A stretch of DNA of 62,390 nucleotides, counting the filler, from Babesia bigemina (lineage: Eukaryota), in the NCBI RefSeq assembly GCF_000981445.1. It is 7 parts of 7 records of this genome, joined end to end, with 100 filler letters (N's around TTAATTAATTAA, not from the genome) between each part and the next. Parts side by side here need not be neighbours in the genome. Positions count along the whole stretch, not along the records: positions 10,289 to 18,398 come from NW_012237274.1; positions 18,499 to 24,372 come from NW_012237276.1; 5 more parts are not named here. The stretch is one strand, 5' to 3'. Each line of letters opens with the position of its first letter. Position 1 is the stretch's first letter. Made by a program: the position numbers and the translations under genes. Shown here piece after piece: positions 11,660 to 24,472 of this stretch. The notes beneath the pieces are model-generated. The model saw only the letters and a program-made list of their open reading frames with translations, was not told where the DNA came from and did no database searches.

Positions 11660-14600
11660 TTACGGTTGCAGGTAAAACACCCTATTAAGCTTGTTAACCC
11701 TTGCTGCGGCGAGTAGTGATTGAGCAGCAATGCGATGTGATGAGGGACTATGCAAATGCGATTTGATGTGGAGCAGGTCGAGGCGGATGACCATGATGTG
11801 GAGCAGGTACAACAGAGAGAGGAGCCAGAGGGCGACGGTGGTCCAGATGAAGGGGGCGCGTATGGCAAAGAGGAAATTGGGAATAGTTCTGTAAACCAAT
11901 TCGGCAAGCGGATGATGAGCCGATTCTTCCTCGTTGGTCACGCTTTTCAATACCATACACAAATCTTTGCACGTGCGCTTTGTCGTCTTGGCAGATAGAC
12001 TTTTGCAGTCTCCAAGTACCAAGCCATATTTGTAGAATGTGGGTCGCATGAATCTACAATTCACGATAGAATTGCAGGAATCATCATGAGCAGAGCCTGG
12101 AGCCATAGGAGATTCTAGTGCGTTACAAGTCTTCTTACATTTGCTGACACGGCACTTAGGTCTGTCCCCGGCGCAATTATTGTTACATTCCTCGTACAGC
12201 TGTTTCAACAAATCAAGGAAGGACCCTGTGCAGTAAACAATCCACGACAAGTACTTATCGGCGTTCTCCTTTGTAAAGGTACCGCACATGTCATGGCATA
12301 TTGGTCGCATATAGCGGCCGCAAGGATGAGATGGAGCAGATGATGACATGCCGTTGCAATCGACAAGGGCGTAGAGGTCACCGGTGAGATGTGTCATATT
12401 TTCCTTCGAGGCATGATCGTTCTTTTTAAATATTTTAGTGACGTCCAGCTTGGTTTCTTCATTCCCGAAGTTGGCATCTTTGACAGCACCTTCCAAAGCT
12501 GTCTCTCTGTGCTGCTGGCGCCTTGGGTAATCACTATCCCACCCTCTGAGCAATCGGTAGTAAAAACCGAACATGTCGTCAAGTGTTTTGGGAGCGCTTG
12601 GCAAAAGACAGCTCAGTTGACCGCAGAGCTTGGGGAGAGGAGACCGTTCATCTCCGCAGAGTCTCTTAAGCGCATCGTAGATATGCCTGCCTCGCTGCGT
12701 ATGTGATGCCATATCGCTGATATTGCCGAAGCCCATAGGCGTTTTACACGGCAAATTGAAATGACCTTTGACCGAACATTCCATTTTTCCCCTCTCAAAT
12801 TTGATACTATGCGGCAGGAAGCCTTGCAACCCGTCTTCAAGGAACGATTGCAAAGGCGACTTTAGTCCGCAACTAGGGTGTTGATCACCTATTTGGTTAT
12901 GTATTTGGTTGCACGTTTGCTTACACTTTTGGTCACATGTTTGGTCAGGGCACTGCATCTGATTGCAAACCCATGATGATCCAGCGACGTACCGGCCGTA
13001 ATAGCACTCAGCCCAACCGTTGCGTTCAGTGTTGTGATAACACTGCTGGTACAAGAAATACAGTTGATGGTGAACACGTCTGAGGATATCATACAGCCAA
13101 CATGCTAACGTTACCATGTCGGCGGGATACGAGAACTTATCGGGGTTCGTGTTAAAGTCACAGGCATAACGACCGCCTGCGTGACCATGACCAAGTACAC
13201 TGGTCAGTACGTCGTGGGCACCGGAGCATACCGCTGCAAGGATGTCTGAAAGACCTGCGGGTGTAATGGTTACTGGATAGGCTTCCAACTTATTTTCATC
13301 TTTGGTGCTAACAGCGATAGACGATCCGTCGCTTCCGTCACCTTCGATTTCGAACGTGATGCCTCCGTCACTGTTCTCGACTTCCTTATCCTTTTTCTCG
13401 AACAGGTCAGCAAATCCATTAAGGTACAATTTGTCATATACGGTGCTGTGAGGTAGGCCACTAAGCCACGTTAACATTTGGTTGATATTGGAAGGATATT
13501 TGGTAGAGGTTGAAGTCTCGTAGTGGCAGACTTGGTAATACTCTTTGAGGTGGTTCATGAGACATTCAGCAAACTCTAACACGCTATAGTTGTAGTCTTT
13601 AGGCACGCACTTTTTGATGTGATGTTCATCGGTGATAGTTGGCGGTGATTTATCGTTCGTGAATAGACCGTAAACGTGTTTACCTCTCATACTGTCTTTG
13701 CACTGCAGCTCGTTGTCCTGCACACGTTCCATGCTAGGCACGCCGTAGCCGCAGTGCTTTAGGAACGCTCCTAGATCATTCTTGTCGTCATCATTCGACT
13801 TGAGACAAATCTGTCTGTCCCTCCAACGAACCTCACATTCTTCCTTAATATGTTTCATATCATAATTGCATATCTCAAGTAACGTTGCAAATACCTTAGC
13901 ACACTTACGACCGTAGTCGGTTAGCTTAGAAGTTTCGGGATTGTCAGACTCATCCAACAACGCTCCGGCAAACTTCGCATCATCGTACGCCGATACGTAT
14001 ACATTCCCGAGCTCCTTGATGAAATGACTAAGTCCCACTGCGACGCTGTCCATCGTCGGCGTGTTTGGCTTGGAGAAGTCATCCGGTTTCACAGCTGATA
14101 TTGCCGTCTTAAGATCTTCGAGCAGCCCATGTACCTTATGGTCGTACCTATTCTCATTGCTAATGTGCTCCAACAACCCTGTAAGTGCAATACCTACACG
14201 GCGGAATGTGTCGACATACGCATTGGTATCTCGCCCTGGAGGGTTTTTCTTTTTGTTTTCCTCAGTGTTTACATTGGTTATTTCACCTCTAACATAAGCG
14301 TCCAGCGGCAAATAGAATTTGCGAAAACCGGCGGACAATTTCCGGAAGTTTTCGGGAGTGTACCCAGACGCAAACTGATTTGCAAGTTCGCTAAGTTTCT
14401 TAATATTTTCTTTTCCCGTCACCGTAAGTGACTTATCACCATCCTCCAACGTCTTCATAAACCCCTTGAACCCGATCCGCAGATCCGCATCAATCTCCTC
14501 CGGCAACTCCCGCAACTCCTGGCCGACCTTGTCCGCGAACGCGGTGAGGAGCGATTTGATGGAGGAGACGTAGTTGCGGCGGGCGGCGGTGGTGAGGGTG

Positions 14601-17581
14601 GAGAGGGCGGAATATACCTCGTAGTCCACAAGTCTATTGAGATGAGCAATCGTTGTGTCACGCAAACTGTTGGCGTCGGAATCAATAAACCGGTATGCGG
14701 ACTGCATTGCATTTATCAAATTCGTATGTCTCAGATTGTGAATATTATTCTTGATCTCCGTGAGGAGATAGCCGATGTTACCATTTTTTATGTTATCCAG
14801 GTTCCAATTTATGCCCCTCCCGACCTCTATGATCTCCTTTGTGAAAGCATCGATATGGGTTATAAGATCGGTGGACCATTTCACAAGGTTCATTTTCGTC
14901 TCATTAATGTCCAGATCTGCTGCCTTGGTGAATATGAATGTGAGAACGTCTTCAAGCTCTTTCTTCTTTCCTGATTTATTGGCTCCGATGCCCGTTGCGT
15001 AATTTTGAAGCTTAGGCAATTGCACCTCATGGCTCGAAAATGATTCGTCCGGAAAACTTGTGTTTAGCTCCGTTAAAGGTATTTCGTTTAACGTTTTACA
15101 TAACGCATCAACGTTGCGCTTCGCGTTATGCAATGCTGAGTCAATAGCTTTGCCATGATTACCGGGATTATTTTCGAGTATATCTGCTATGTGTGCAATT
15201 TTCTCCATCGCTGGATGCAAGTTGGCAATGTTCGAAGTATTTCTAAACTTTTCCAGTTGTGCAGCTACCTGGCTGGCGGTATGGGAGAGCGTTACGATCG
15301 TGGATTCGACGATGCCGTCGAGTGTATGACTCCTATATTCCGCTGCAGCTGGATTTTTTACTTTATTTCCAATTTCTGCAACAATCTTTCCAACATCAAT
15401 TCCTTCGACACCCATCTCTTTTTTAAGTCTGTTTTGAACTGAATCAGCAAAACGCTTAATGCCGACTTCCACTGCGCTGAGATATATTTCAATCTTTTTA
15501 TTTGAGTTCGATTGCTCTTCCGCTTTCTTCATATGATTGGTAACCTGTGCACCAGCATTGGCAATATCTTGACGTAGCGTATTCATTATAGCCTCGATTA
15601 CTTTAGGATGCATATCCGCTGCACTATTTATTTTAGCGGATGCATCGAAATTATCCTTCCCCTTATGTGGAATATTTCCAAACCGCAGATTACTACTCGT
15701 ACCTATACCTTTGTTATACTTGAAATATGCATCAAGCCAACCTTTAACAGGTTCCAGATTAAGTATATCTTTTATCCAACGCCATACCACCATTTCCAAT
15801 GTGTCACTCCCCTTGTCGTCGAATTTTTCGGCATACGTCTTCACGCCATCGATTATCTGTCTTAGACCATTATAATTGGTCACAACATGGTTTTTTCCTT
15901 CACCATATATTGCTTCCAGATCCTTCCATATTCCATCTTTAAGCTTCGTCCAGTTGTAATACACACCGGGGGCGTTGTTTGGTTCACCAATGTTCTTTTT
16001 AATCTCCTCAAACTCCTTACGAGCCTTTTGAACATACCTCATAATTTCATCTTTAACCTTGTCTCTCACATGTTTCAAATCTCTCTTCAACGCTCCTTCC
16101 AACTCCGTGACTTTTAACTTTGCTTGCTCCACCAGCTTAGTAAGTCCAGGCCTCATATCCTCATCTATGTATTTCTCCAGATTAACTTTCGATTCCTCCA
16201 TTTCCGCCGATATATTTCTTATACGTATCTCATTTTGTGTACCCAATTGCTTATTCACAATTTTGTTAACATGTGTTCGCTGCACCTCATCAATCACCCG
16301 TTGCAGTTCCTTCATCCATTTCTCCAAGGAATCAATATATACAGTCAGTTGCGTATTGATGTGCTTCAGCTGATCTAATATTTTCTGGATCAATCCCTTT
16401 AACTGCTCAACCAGCCCACTGACTTGTGAATCTATATGCTTTTTTACGCACAACTTCAGACTTTCAAGTGCTGAACTGATTTTGTCTTCCATATCCCATA
16501 GGTCTCTCCACATTTTTTGAGATAGGTCATGAAGATTTGCTGAGGCATACGTTATGCTATTAAGTGCGCTATTCACATGAATACCACAATTATTATTAAG
16601 GTCTGCAATGTGTTCCTTTGCCTTTTGCATTTTACCGCAGAATATCTCGGCAAAATGCATACAGTCTCCAATCTTGTCTCTCATCCTCTCCACATCATTG
16701 AACGAATCATGATCATCACCTGCATCAGAATTATCTTTTAATATATTACTTACCTCAGTTTTGAAGTGTTCTCCGACCCGTTTAAGTAGTTCATTGATAG
16801 GCTTTTTTACATCATCGTTCCCCTGCTTAACTCTCTCATTATACTCCCCCACCTTCCCCGCCACCTGCGCAATGAACTTAAAACCCTCACGCCCGGTGGA
16901 TAAATTATTTTTAAGCTCAGTAACAATCTCTATTAGTATTGTTTTACCCACACTGTAAGGCTGTTTCTCGCTGACATCCTTTAGCACCTGATACAAAAAT
17001 CCCATAACCCCGTCGCACAGCCTGTCAAGGTCAGAGTAGACAATCCCAGTGCCGTCGTAGCCTTTGGACTCAGAGTTGAAGCCGAGGAAAGTCTGAAGGC
17101 CGTCACATAAATTATCTAAGAGGTTTTTACAATCATCAGAGTTATTTTTTTCAGTAAAAATGCTAAGCTTATTTTCAAGTTCTTTAAGTTGTTTCTCACG
17201 CTCTTCAATGTCCTGCAAGGCTTTCTTAGTAGCATCATCATAACGACGGGAGTGGGAAGCAATGCATTTATTTTTCATATCAGTTATTTGCTGCTTAGTA
17301 AAAACATTTTTAGGCTGATCGACATTGTCAGAATCTTTAGCATGTTTCATCAGCTTATCAATATAGGCACAGTTAGAGGGATGTCCAGCATACTTAACAG
17401 GGCATTCAAGTTTAGATTTTTCGGCATTAAGGGAGTTAGTAGCCTTCTCAATAGCCTCCTCAATCAACTTTTTCAAAGCTTGAGACAACTTGGTAAGACC
17501 CTTGTCACCGTCACCATTCCCATGCCTCACCTGGATCAACCAGTCGATGGACTCAGTCAGGAGGGAAGTGAAGGGTGACAA
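11660..17581 (-). pseudogene. ves/VESA-related variant antigen gene B; lacks the first ~16 codons, leader ATG out of frame
   Basis: A 1973-codon open frame with all family motifs. Homology to the intact copy starts at TGAGTCCATCGACTGG (ESIDW). The leader ATG at 17615 is out of frame and reaches TGA at 17553-17555. Confidence 0.8.
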
Positions 17582-17641
17582 GGCACAAGTTATTGCTATG
17601 GTTTATAGAAGTCATAGCGGTAATATGGCGAGGTAATTCGA
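17562..17641 (-). other. Conserved cassette leader (TCGAATTACCTCGCCATATTACCGCTATGAC...TTGTGCCTTGTCACCCTTC)
   Basis: Near-identical copies abut the 22-bp array at 20741, 42505, 51052 and 58269. Confidence 0.85.
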
Positions 17642-18398
17642 GCGATGTGGAGTGGATAAGGGAGCGATGTAGAGTGTGTTAAGGGGCGATGTGGAGTGGA
17701 TAAAGGGGCGATGTAGAGTGGGTAAAGGAGCGATGTAGAGTGGGTTAAGGGGCGATGTAGAGTGGTCAAAGGGGCGATGTAGAGTGGATTAGGGAGCGAT
17801 GTAGAGTGAATAAAGGGGCGATGTAGAGTGGGTAAAGGGGCGATGTGGAGTGGATAAAGGGGCGATGTAGAGTGGGTTAGGGAGCGATGTAGAGTGGGTT
17901 AGGGAGCGATGTAGAGTGGGTAAAGGGGCGATGTAGAGTGGGTAACGGGGCGATGTGGAGTGGATAAAGGGGCGATGTAGAGTGGATAAAGGGGCGATGT
18001 AGAGTGGGTAAAGGGGCGATGAAGAGTGGGTTAAGGGGCGATGTAGAGTGGGTTAGGGAGCGATGTAGAGTGGGTTAAGGGGCGATGTAGAGTGGGTTAG
18101 GGAGCGATGTAGAGTGGGTTAAGGGGCGATGTAGAGTGGGTTAGGGAGCGATGTAGAGTGGATAAAGGGGCGATGTAGAGTGGATAAAGGAGCGATGTAG
18201 AGTGGAGTAAGGGGCGATGTAGAGTGGAGTAAGGGGCGATGTAGAGTGGATAAAGGGGCGATGTAGAGTGGGTTAAGGGGCGATGTAGAGTGGGTTAGGG
18301 AGCGATGTGGAGTGGGTTAGGGAGCGATGTAGAGTGGATAAAGGGGCGATGTAGAGTGGGTTAGGGAGCGATGTAGAGTGGTTAAGGAGCGATGTGGA
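17642..18398 (-). repeat. 22-bp tandem array upstream of gene B
   Basis: G-rich on +, runs into gap. Confidence 0.97.
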
Positions 18399-18498
18399 NN
18401 NNNNNNNNNNNNNNNNNNNNNNNNNNNNNNNNNNNNNNNNNNTTAATTAATTAANNNNNNNNNNNNNNNNNNNNNNNNNNNNNNNNNNNNNNNNNNNN
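18399..18498. other. Assembly spacer
   Basis: 44N-TTAATTAATTAA-44N. Confidence 0.98.
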
Positions 18499-20740
18499 CT
18501 CTAATCGCCCCTTAACCCACTCTACATCGCTCCCTAACCCACTCTACATCGCCCCTTTACCCACTCTACATCGCTCCCTAACCCACTCCACATCGCTCCT
18601 TTATCCACTCTACATCGCCCCTTTACCCACTCTACATCGCCCCTTACCCACTCTTCATCGCCCCTTTACCCACTCTACATCGCCCCTTTACCTCCTCTAC
18701 ATCGCCCCTTAACCCACTCTACATCGCTCCCTAACCCACTCTACATCGCTCCCTAACCCACTCTACATCGCTCCCTAACCCACTCCACATCGCTCCTTTA
18801 TCCACTCTACATCGCCCCTTTACCCACTCTACATCGCCCCTTATCCACTCTACATCGCTCCCTAACCCACTCTACATCGCCCCTTAACCCACCCTACATC
18901 GCCCCTTAACCCACTCCACATTGCCCCTTTACCCACTCTACATCGCCCCTTTACCCACTCCACATCGCCTCTTACCCACTCTACATCGCCCCTTTATCCA
19001 CTCTACATCGCCCCTTAACCCACTCTACATCGCTCCTTTATCCACCTTACATCGCCCCTTATACACTCTTCATCGCCCCTTTACCCACTCCACATCGCTC
19101 CTTTACCCACTCTACATCGCCCCTTTACCCACTCTACATCGCTCCCTTACCCACTCTTCATCGCTCCCTAACCCACTCTACATCGCCCCTTTACCCACTC
19201 TACATCGCTCCCTAACCCACTCTACATCGCCCCTTTATCCACCTTACATCGCCCCTTAACCTCCTTTAGTCGCCCCTTTATCCACTTTACATCGCCCCTT
19301 TATCCACTCCACATCGCCCCTTAACCCACTCCACATCGCTCCCTAACCCACTCTACATCGCTCCCTTATCCACTCTACATCGCCCCTTTACCCACTCTAC
19401 ATCGCTCCTTAATCCACTCTACATCGCCCCTTATCCACTCTACATCGCCCCCTAATCACTCTACATCGCCCCTTTACCCACTCCACATCGCCCCTTTACC
19501 CACTCCACATCGCTCCCTAATCCACCCTTCATCGCTCCTCTACCCACTCTACATCGCCCCTTTGTCCACTCTACATCGCCCCTTTGTCCACTCTACATCG
19601 CCCCTTTATCCACTCCACATCGCCCCTTTACCCACTCTACATCGCTCCCTTATCCACTCTACATCGCTCCTTTACCCACTCCACATCGCCCCTTTACCCA
19701 CTCTACATCGCTCCCTAATCCACCCTACATCGCTCCCTAACCCACTCTACATCGCCCCTTTATCCACTCTACATCGCTCCGTAACCCACTCTACATCGCT
19801 CCGTAACCCACTCCACATCGCCCCTTTACCCACTCCACATCGCTCCCTAACCCACTCTACATCGCCCCTTTATCCACCCTACATCGCTCCTTAACCACTC
19901 CACATCGCTCCTTCATCCACTCTACATCGCTCCTTCATCCACTCTACATCGCTCCCTAACCCACTCTACATCGCCCCTTTACCCACTCTACATCGCCCCT
20001 TTATCCACTCTTCATCGCTCCTTTATCCACTCCACATCGCTCCCTAAACCACTCTACATCGCCCCTTTACCCACTCCACATCGCTCCTTTACCCACTCTA
20101 CATCGCCCCTTTATCCACTCTACATCGCTCCCTTATCCACTCTACATCGCTCCTTAACCCACTCTACATCGCCCCTTTACCCACTCTACATCGCCCCTTA
20201 CCCACTCTACATCGCCCCTTTACCCACTCTACATCGCCCCTTTATCCACTCCACATCGCCCCTTATCCACTCTACATCGCCCCCTAACCCACTCTACATC
20301 GCCCCTTAACCCACTCTACATCGCCCCTTTATCCACTCTACATCGCCCCTTTATCCACTCCACATCGCTCCCTAACCCACTCTACATCGCCCCTTAACCC
20401 ACTCTACATCGCCCCTTATCCACCTTACATCGCCCCCTAACCCACTCTACATCGCCCCTTATCCCACTCTACATCGCTCCCTAACCCACTCTACATCGCC
20501 CCTTTATCCACTCCACATCGCTCCCTAACCCACTCTACATCGCCCCTAACCCACTCCACATCGCCCCTTTATCCACTCTACATCGCCCCTTTATCCACTC
20601 CACATCGCCCCTTAATCCACTCTACATCGCCCCTTTATCCACTCCACATCGCTCCCTAACCCACCCTACATCGCCCCTTTACCCACTCTACATCGCTCCT
20701 TTGTCCACTCTACATCGCCCCTTAACCCACTCTACATCGC
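18499..20740 (+). repeat. 22-bp tandem array upstream of gene C, about 100 units
   Basis: C-rich on +, ends at the TCGAATTAC leader. Confidence 0.97.
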
Positions 20741-20766
20741 TCGAATTACTTCGTCTTATTAACGCT

Positions 20767-23700
20767 ATGACCTCTATGAACCACAATAATAACCTGTGCC
20801 TTGTCACCCTTCACTACCCTCTTCCACCTCTTGTCACTGCCCTGACCATGTGCCGCCTAGGGAGCTTGACATGAAATTTGACAAAATTTAAAACCTTAAA
20901 AACACCTCAAATAATAACCCTACTAACATCCTTAATAACCTCTGCTCTGGCCTCGAAAAGTTTCTCGGCTTTAACTCTGAGACTAAAGGCTACACTGGCA
21001 CTGGTATCGTCTACTCCGACCTGGACAGGCTGTGTGACGCAGTGATGGGATTTTTGAGTGGTGTTCTCAGTAACATCTACAACCATTTAGGGCAGCATAA
21101 AGGAGAAATTACAGAAGCAATTGACACTCTTAAGCAAAATAAACACGCCGGTAAAAAAGGTTTTAATGTTGCGATTGTGAAGGTGGTCGAAGGGGTGCGG
21201 GGGTATAATGAGAGTGTTAGGAAGTCTAATAAGAAAGTCTCTGATCCTATAAATACACTCAAAGAACAGATGGAAGAACTCAAAAAATCGGTAAGTGAAA
21301 TTAATACAAATAATTCTGTGCAGGGCCATGACTTCACTACGAAGAAGGAGCGAGTGGACAAGGAGCTGAAGAAGTGTACTGACAACGCTAGGGGATTCTA
21401 CTTCGGTATTCATAATGCCGATGCAGACATTTTAGACTTGAATAATAATTGTAAAACTAAAGTAGATTATGCCGTGATAGCCGTAGAACATGAGACTAAG
21501 CGTCTCGATGAGTTGCATAAACAGGCGGAATATGATTTTGGAGATGTGGAAAGTGCAATTTACCAACGACTAGCGAACCTCAAAAATAAGGTGAATGATC
21601 AAATATGTAGAGAAGTGAACTCTCTCATAAATGATTTGAAATCACTGGTCCGGAATATCTTGGAGAAACTTAACCAAATTAAACAGACATTGGAAACGTG
21701 CGTCAACAATTTGGATGAGTGGATTGAGGCTGCGAAGCAAGTTGTAGCAGCGGCGGAAACAAGGATAGATAAAGATATATTGCCAAAGATAGGTAAACAA
21801 GAAAAGAAACCTGAAGAAACAAATATTGGTAAAGCAGCCGTTGGACTGAAAACGAAAGGGGATAACTTGTTGGAGTCATACAAGCAGTCGTATGATGGGT
21901 TGAATAATCTAAAGCGGCAAATAGAGGAGGCGGTAATCGCATTAGAAGGAATTTATCAGACGAAGTTGTTAACATTGAAGAAAGATTTGATTAGTGATGT
22001 TACAGATGCTTTGGAGAAGGAAGACCACGGTCTAAATGCTTTGGACGGTCATGTGAAGAGTGATTTGGTTGCTTTGAGGGGTAAAATAAAAGCTGCGATC
22101 GATACTTACATTGATACCCAGGTTAAGGCCATCTTGGATGCAGCCAAGAAGTCTGATAGTCTCGGCAGTAGCGGTGTGATAAGTGCGCTGCAGAGTGGCT
22201 TGACCGGTGATCTCGGAAAGAATTTTACAGCCGAAGGTTTTTCCGCTAAATCATCTATAACATCCGCACTTAGAGCGATCAACACAGAACTAAACCTGAG
22301 AGATTCAGCTGTACCTGAGACGAGCAGTCTCAAATGTGTCATTGATCTTAAGAACGACATGAATGCGAAACTGACGGGAATAATAAAAAATCCAAGAGAC
22401 GTCATAGATTTCAAGAATGATGGCATCATGACGAATTACTATGCTAAGACAAAGGCAGAAAGCGGTACCTTTAGAGGCTTGATTATGACTATTAAAGCGC
22501 CTTTTAAAAAGGGAGGCTTCACAGCTGATGAAGACGCGACAACATTCAAGCCCGATGACATGGACAATTATAAGTACGTAACAGCTGGACAAGCAACAAC
22601 CGGTCCGGGAAAGCGGGATTTGCTTACAATTCAGATAAATGCATTGGATAAGGCTCTGCAATACTTTGTAGAAAAAGATTGCGTCGTACAGCCCTCGGGT
22701 GGAATAGCCGACGTCTCCGGCAAGAAAGGCGATCTCACCGCCTTAGTTACCACCATCACCAACGAACTCAAAGACATCGCCTGGCTCATTGACAATAAAG
22801 CGGGAGAGGCGGCGACACGTAGTTTAGAAGGAGAGGGTATAAAGCAAAAGTTGACTAAACTTAGAAGTGATATTGACGGTACGGATGAAAAAACTAAACT
22901 AAAAAAGATCAGAAACGATATTGACGAACTGACTAAACGAGAGTTGTCGATCGTCATTAAAATGACCGAGGCGTTCGAAGAGCAAACCAACGCATTGTCG
23001 CAAAATACTATTCGAAATCTACAATCATTTGTGTCTACGAAAATCGAAAAAGCACGTAAGTCATTACTCAAATCCGCCCGCCGCAACTACGTCTCCTCCG
23101 TCAAGCAGCTCCTCACCGCGTTCGCGGACAAGGTCGAAAAGGAGTTGAAGGAGTTGCCGGAGGAGATTGAGAGGGATCTGACTATCGGGTTCAAGGGGTT
23201 GATGAGGGTTATGGGAGGGGTAAAAAGCACCGATGGACTACCGGCAAACAATGGAAAAAGTTTGCTTGATGCTATTAAGGAACTTGCTCAATCCCCTGTT
23301 TCAGGTGCGTCCATGAAGGACACCTTCACAAAATTATCTACCGAATTCAACGCTTATTTTACTCCAATTTACACGTACGTTAAAGAGCAAATCAATAATG
23401 ATACGTCGTCTGAACCACAGGCCCTTCGAGACATTACTGCCGCCAACGTCCAACTGCTTGGCACCGTCAACACTAATTTCGGCGAATTACTCACCCACCT
23501 TAAAAATGGTATTTCACAACCTAGAACTTACATATTTGATTATACCTACACCAAAAAGCATGATCTACTCTCCTCCTCCCTCCACCTTCTCCACCCCTCC
23601 GCCTTCGCCAACCCCCGGCACCCGGAGCTGCTCGATGCGGTCAGAGCGGGGCTGCAGGGGTTTGTCGAGGAGATGGGGAAGGTGTATGTGAATGGGTATG

Positions 23701-24372
23701 ATGATGGAAAACCTATTAATTGGGATACATTTAAGCTTGTTAGACCAAAAATTGACGCCAAAAAATCTGATGGAGATTCTGGCTCAAACGAGGAGTTGAC
23801 GGATGACGGTAGGAGGTTGTCCAAGATCTTCCTCACGCTTTTTAATATCATTCACGAAGACATTTCGATGTTAAAATATGAATGTGAAGATGAGTGGAGC
23901 AACAAAAAACTTTGTGAAACTGAGGGAGGCGAGGATAACCCGCTTGGTTCATACCTTCGGCGTTGCGGTTATGCAGTAGCGAAAACGGAGAACTCTAAGG
24001 ACGGTGAATCGCAATGTATAACTAGCATGACCGGCAAAAAGGTTCTTGGCAAGCTCAACGAAGAAATAAAGACTCTCAACGTTGTTGATCATTTTAAGAC
24101 GTGCGAGTCGAATGAAGCAGATAAGACAACGAAGCAGAAAAAAGCTGATAAATTTGACATTTTCGATATGCTTAAATGCTTCCTCAATCACATTGACAAG
24201 TACTATGACGTCTGTCATATGGCCACATTAAATTCAACCAGAAAGCCGTGTAGCGTGTTCGAAATGTTAGTTTGGCTTTCGGGTCTAACACACAATCCAG
24301 CTAAACAAGACTTGTTTATCAACGGACTTCGTCCGCCATTCGAAAATGAAGACGAATCTCTGATCGTATGGG
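20767..24372 (+). pseudogene. ves/VESA-related gene C; frameshifted leader, in-frame TAA at 20889-20891, 3' end lost in gap
   Basis: The leader ATG at 20767 is out of frame. The main frame reads ...RELDMKFDKI*NLKNTSNNNPTNILNNLCSGLEKFLGFNSETKGYTGTGIVYSDLDRLCDAVMGFL into ORF 21042..24372. Confidence 0.8.
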
Positions 24373-24472
24373 NNNNNNNNNNNNNNNNNNNNNNNNNNNN
24401 NNNNNNNNNNNNNNNNTTAATTAATTAANNNNNNNNNNNNNNNNNNNNNNNNNNNNNNNNNNNNNNNNNNNN
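24373..24472. other. Assembly spacer
   Basis: 44N-TTAATTAATTAA-44N. Confidence 0.98.

Noticed and set aside
10189..18498. Apparent tail-to-tail (A/B, D/E) and head-to-head (B/C) gene arrangements or giant inverted repeats
   Set aside because: Every orientation switch coincides with an assembly spacer, so relative order and orientation of the contigs are unsupported.
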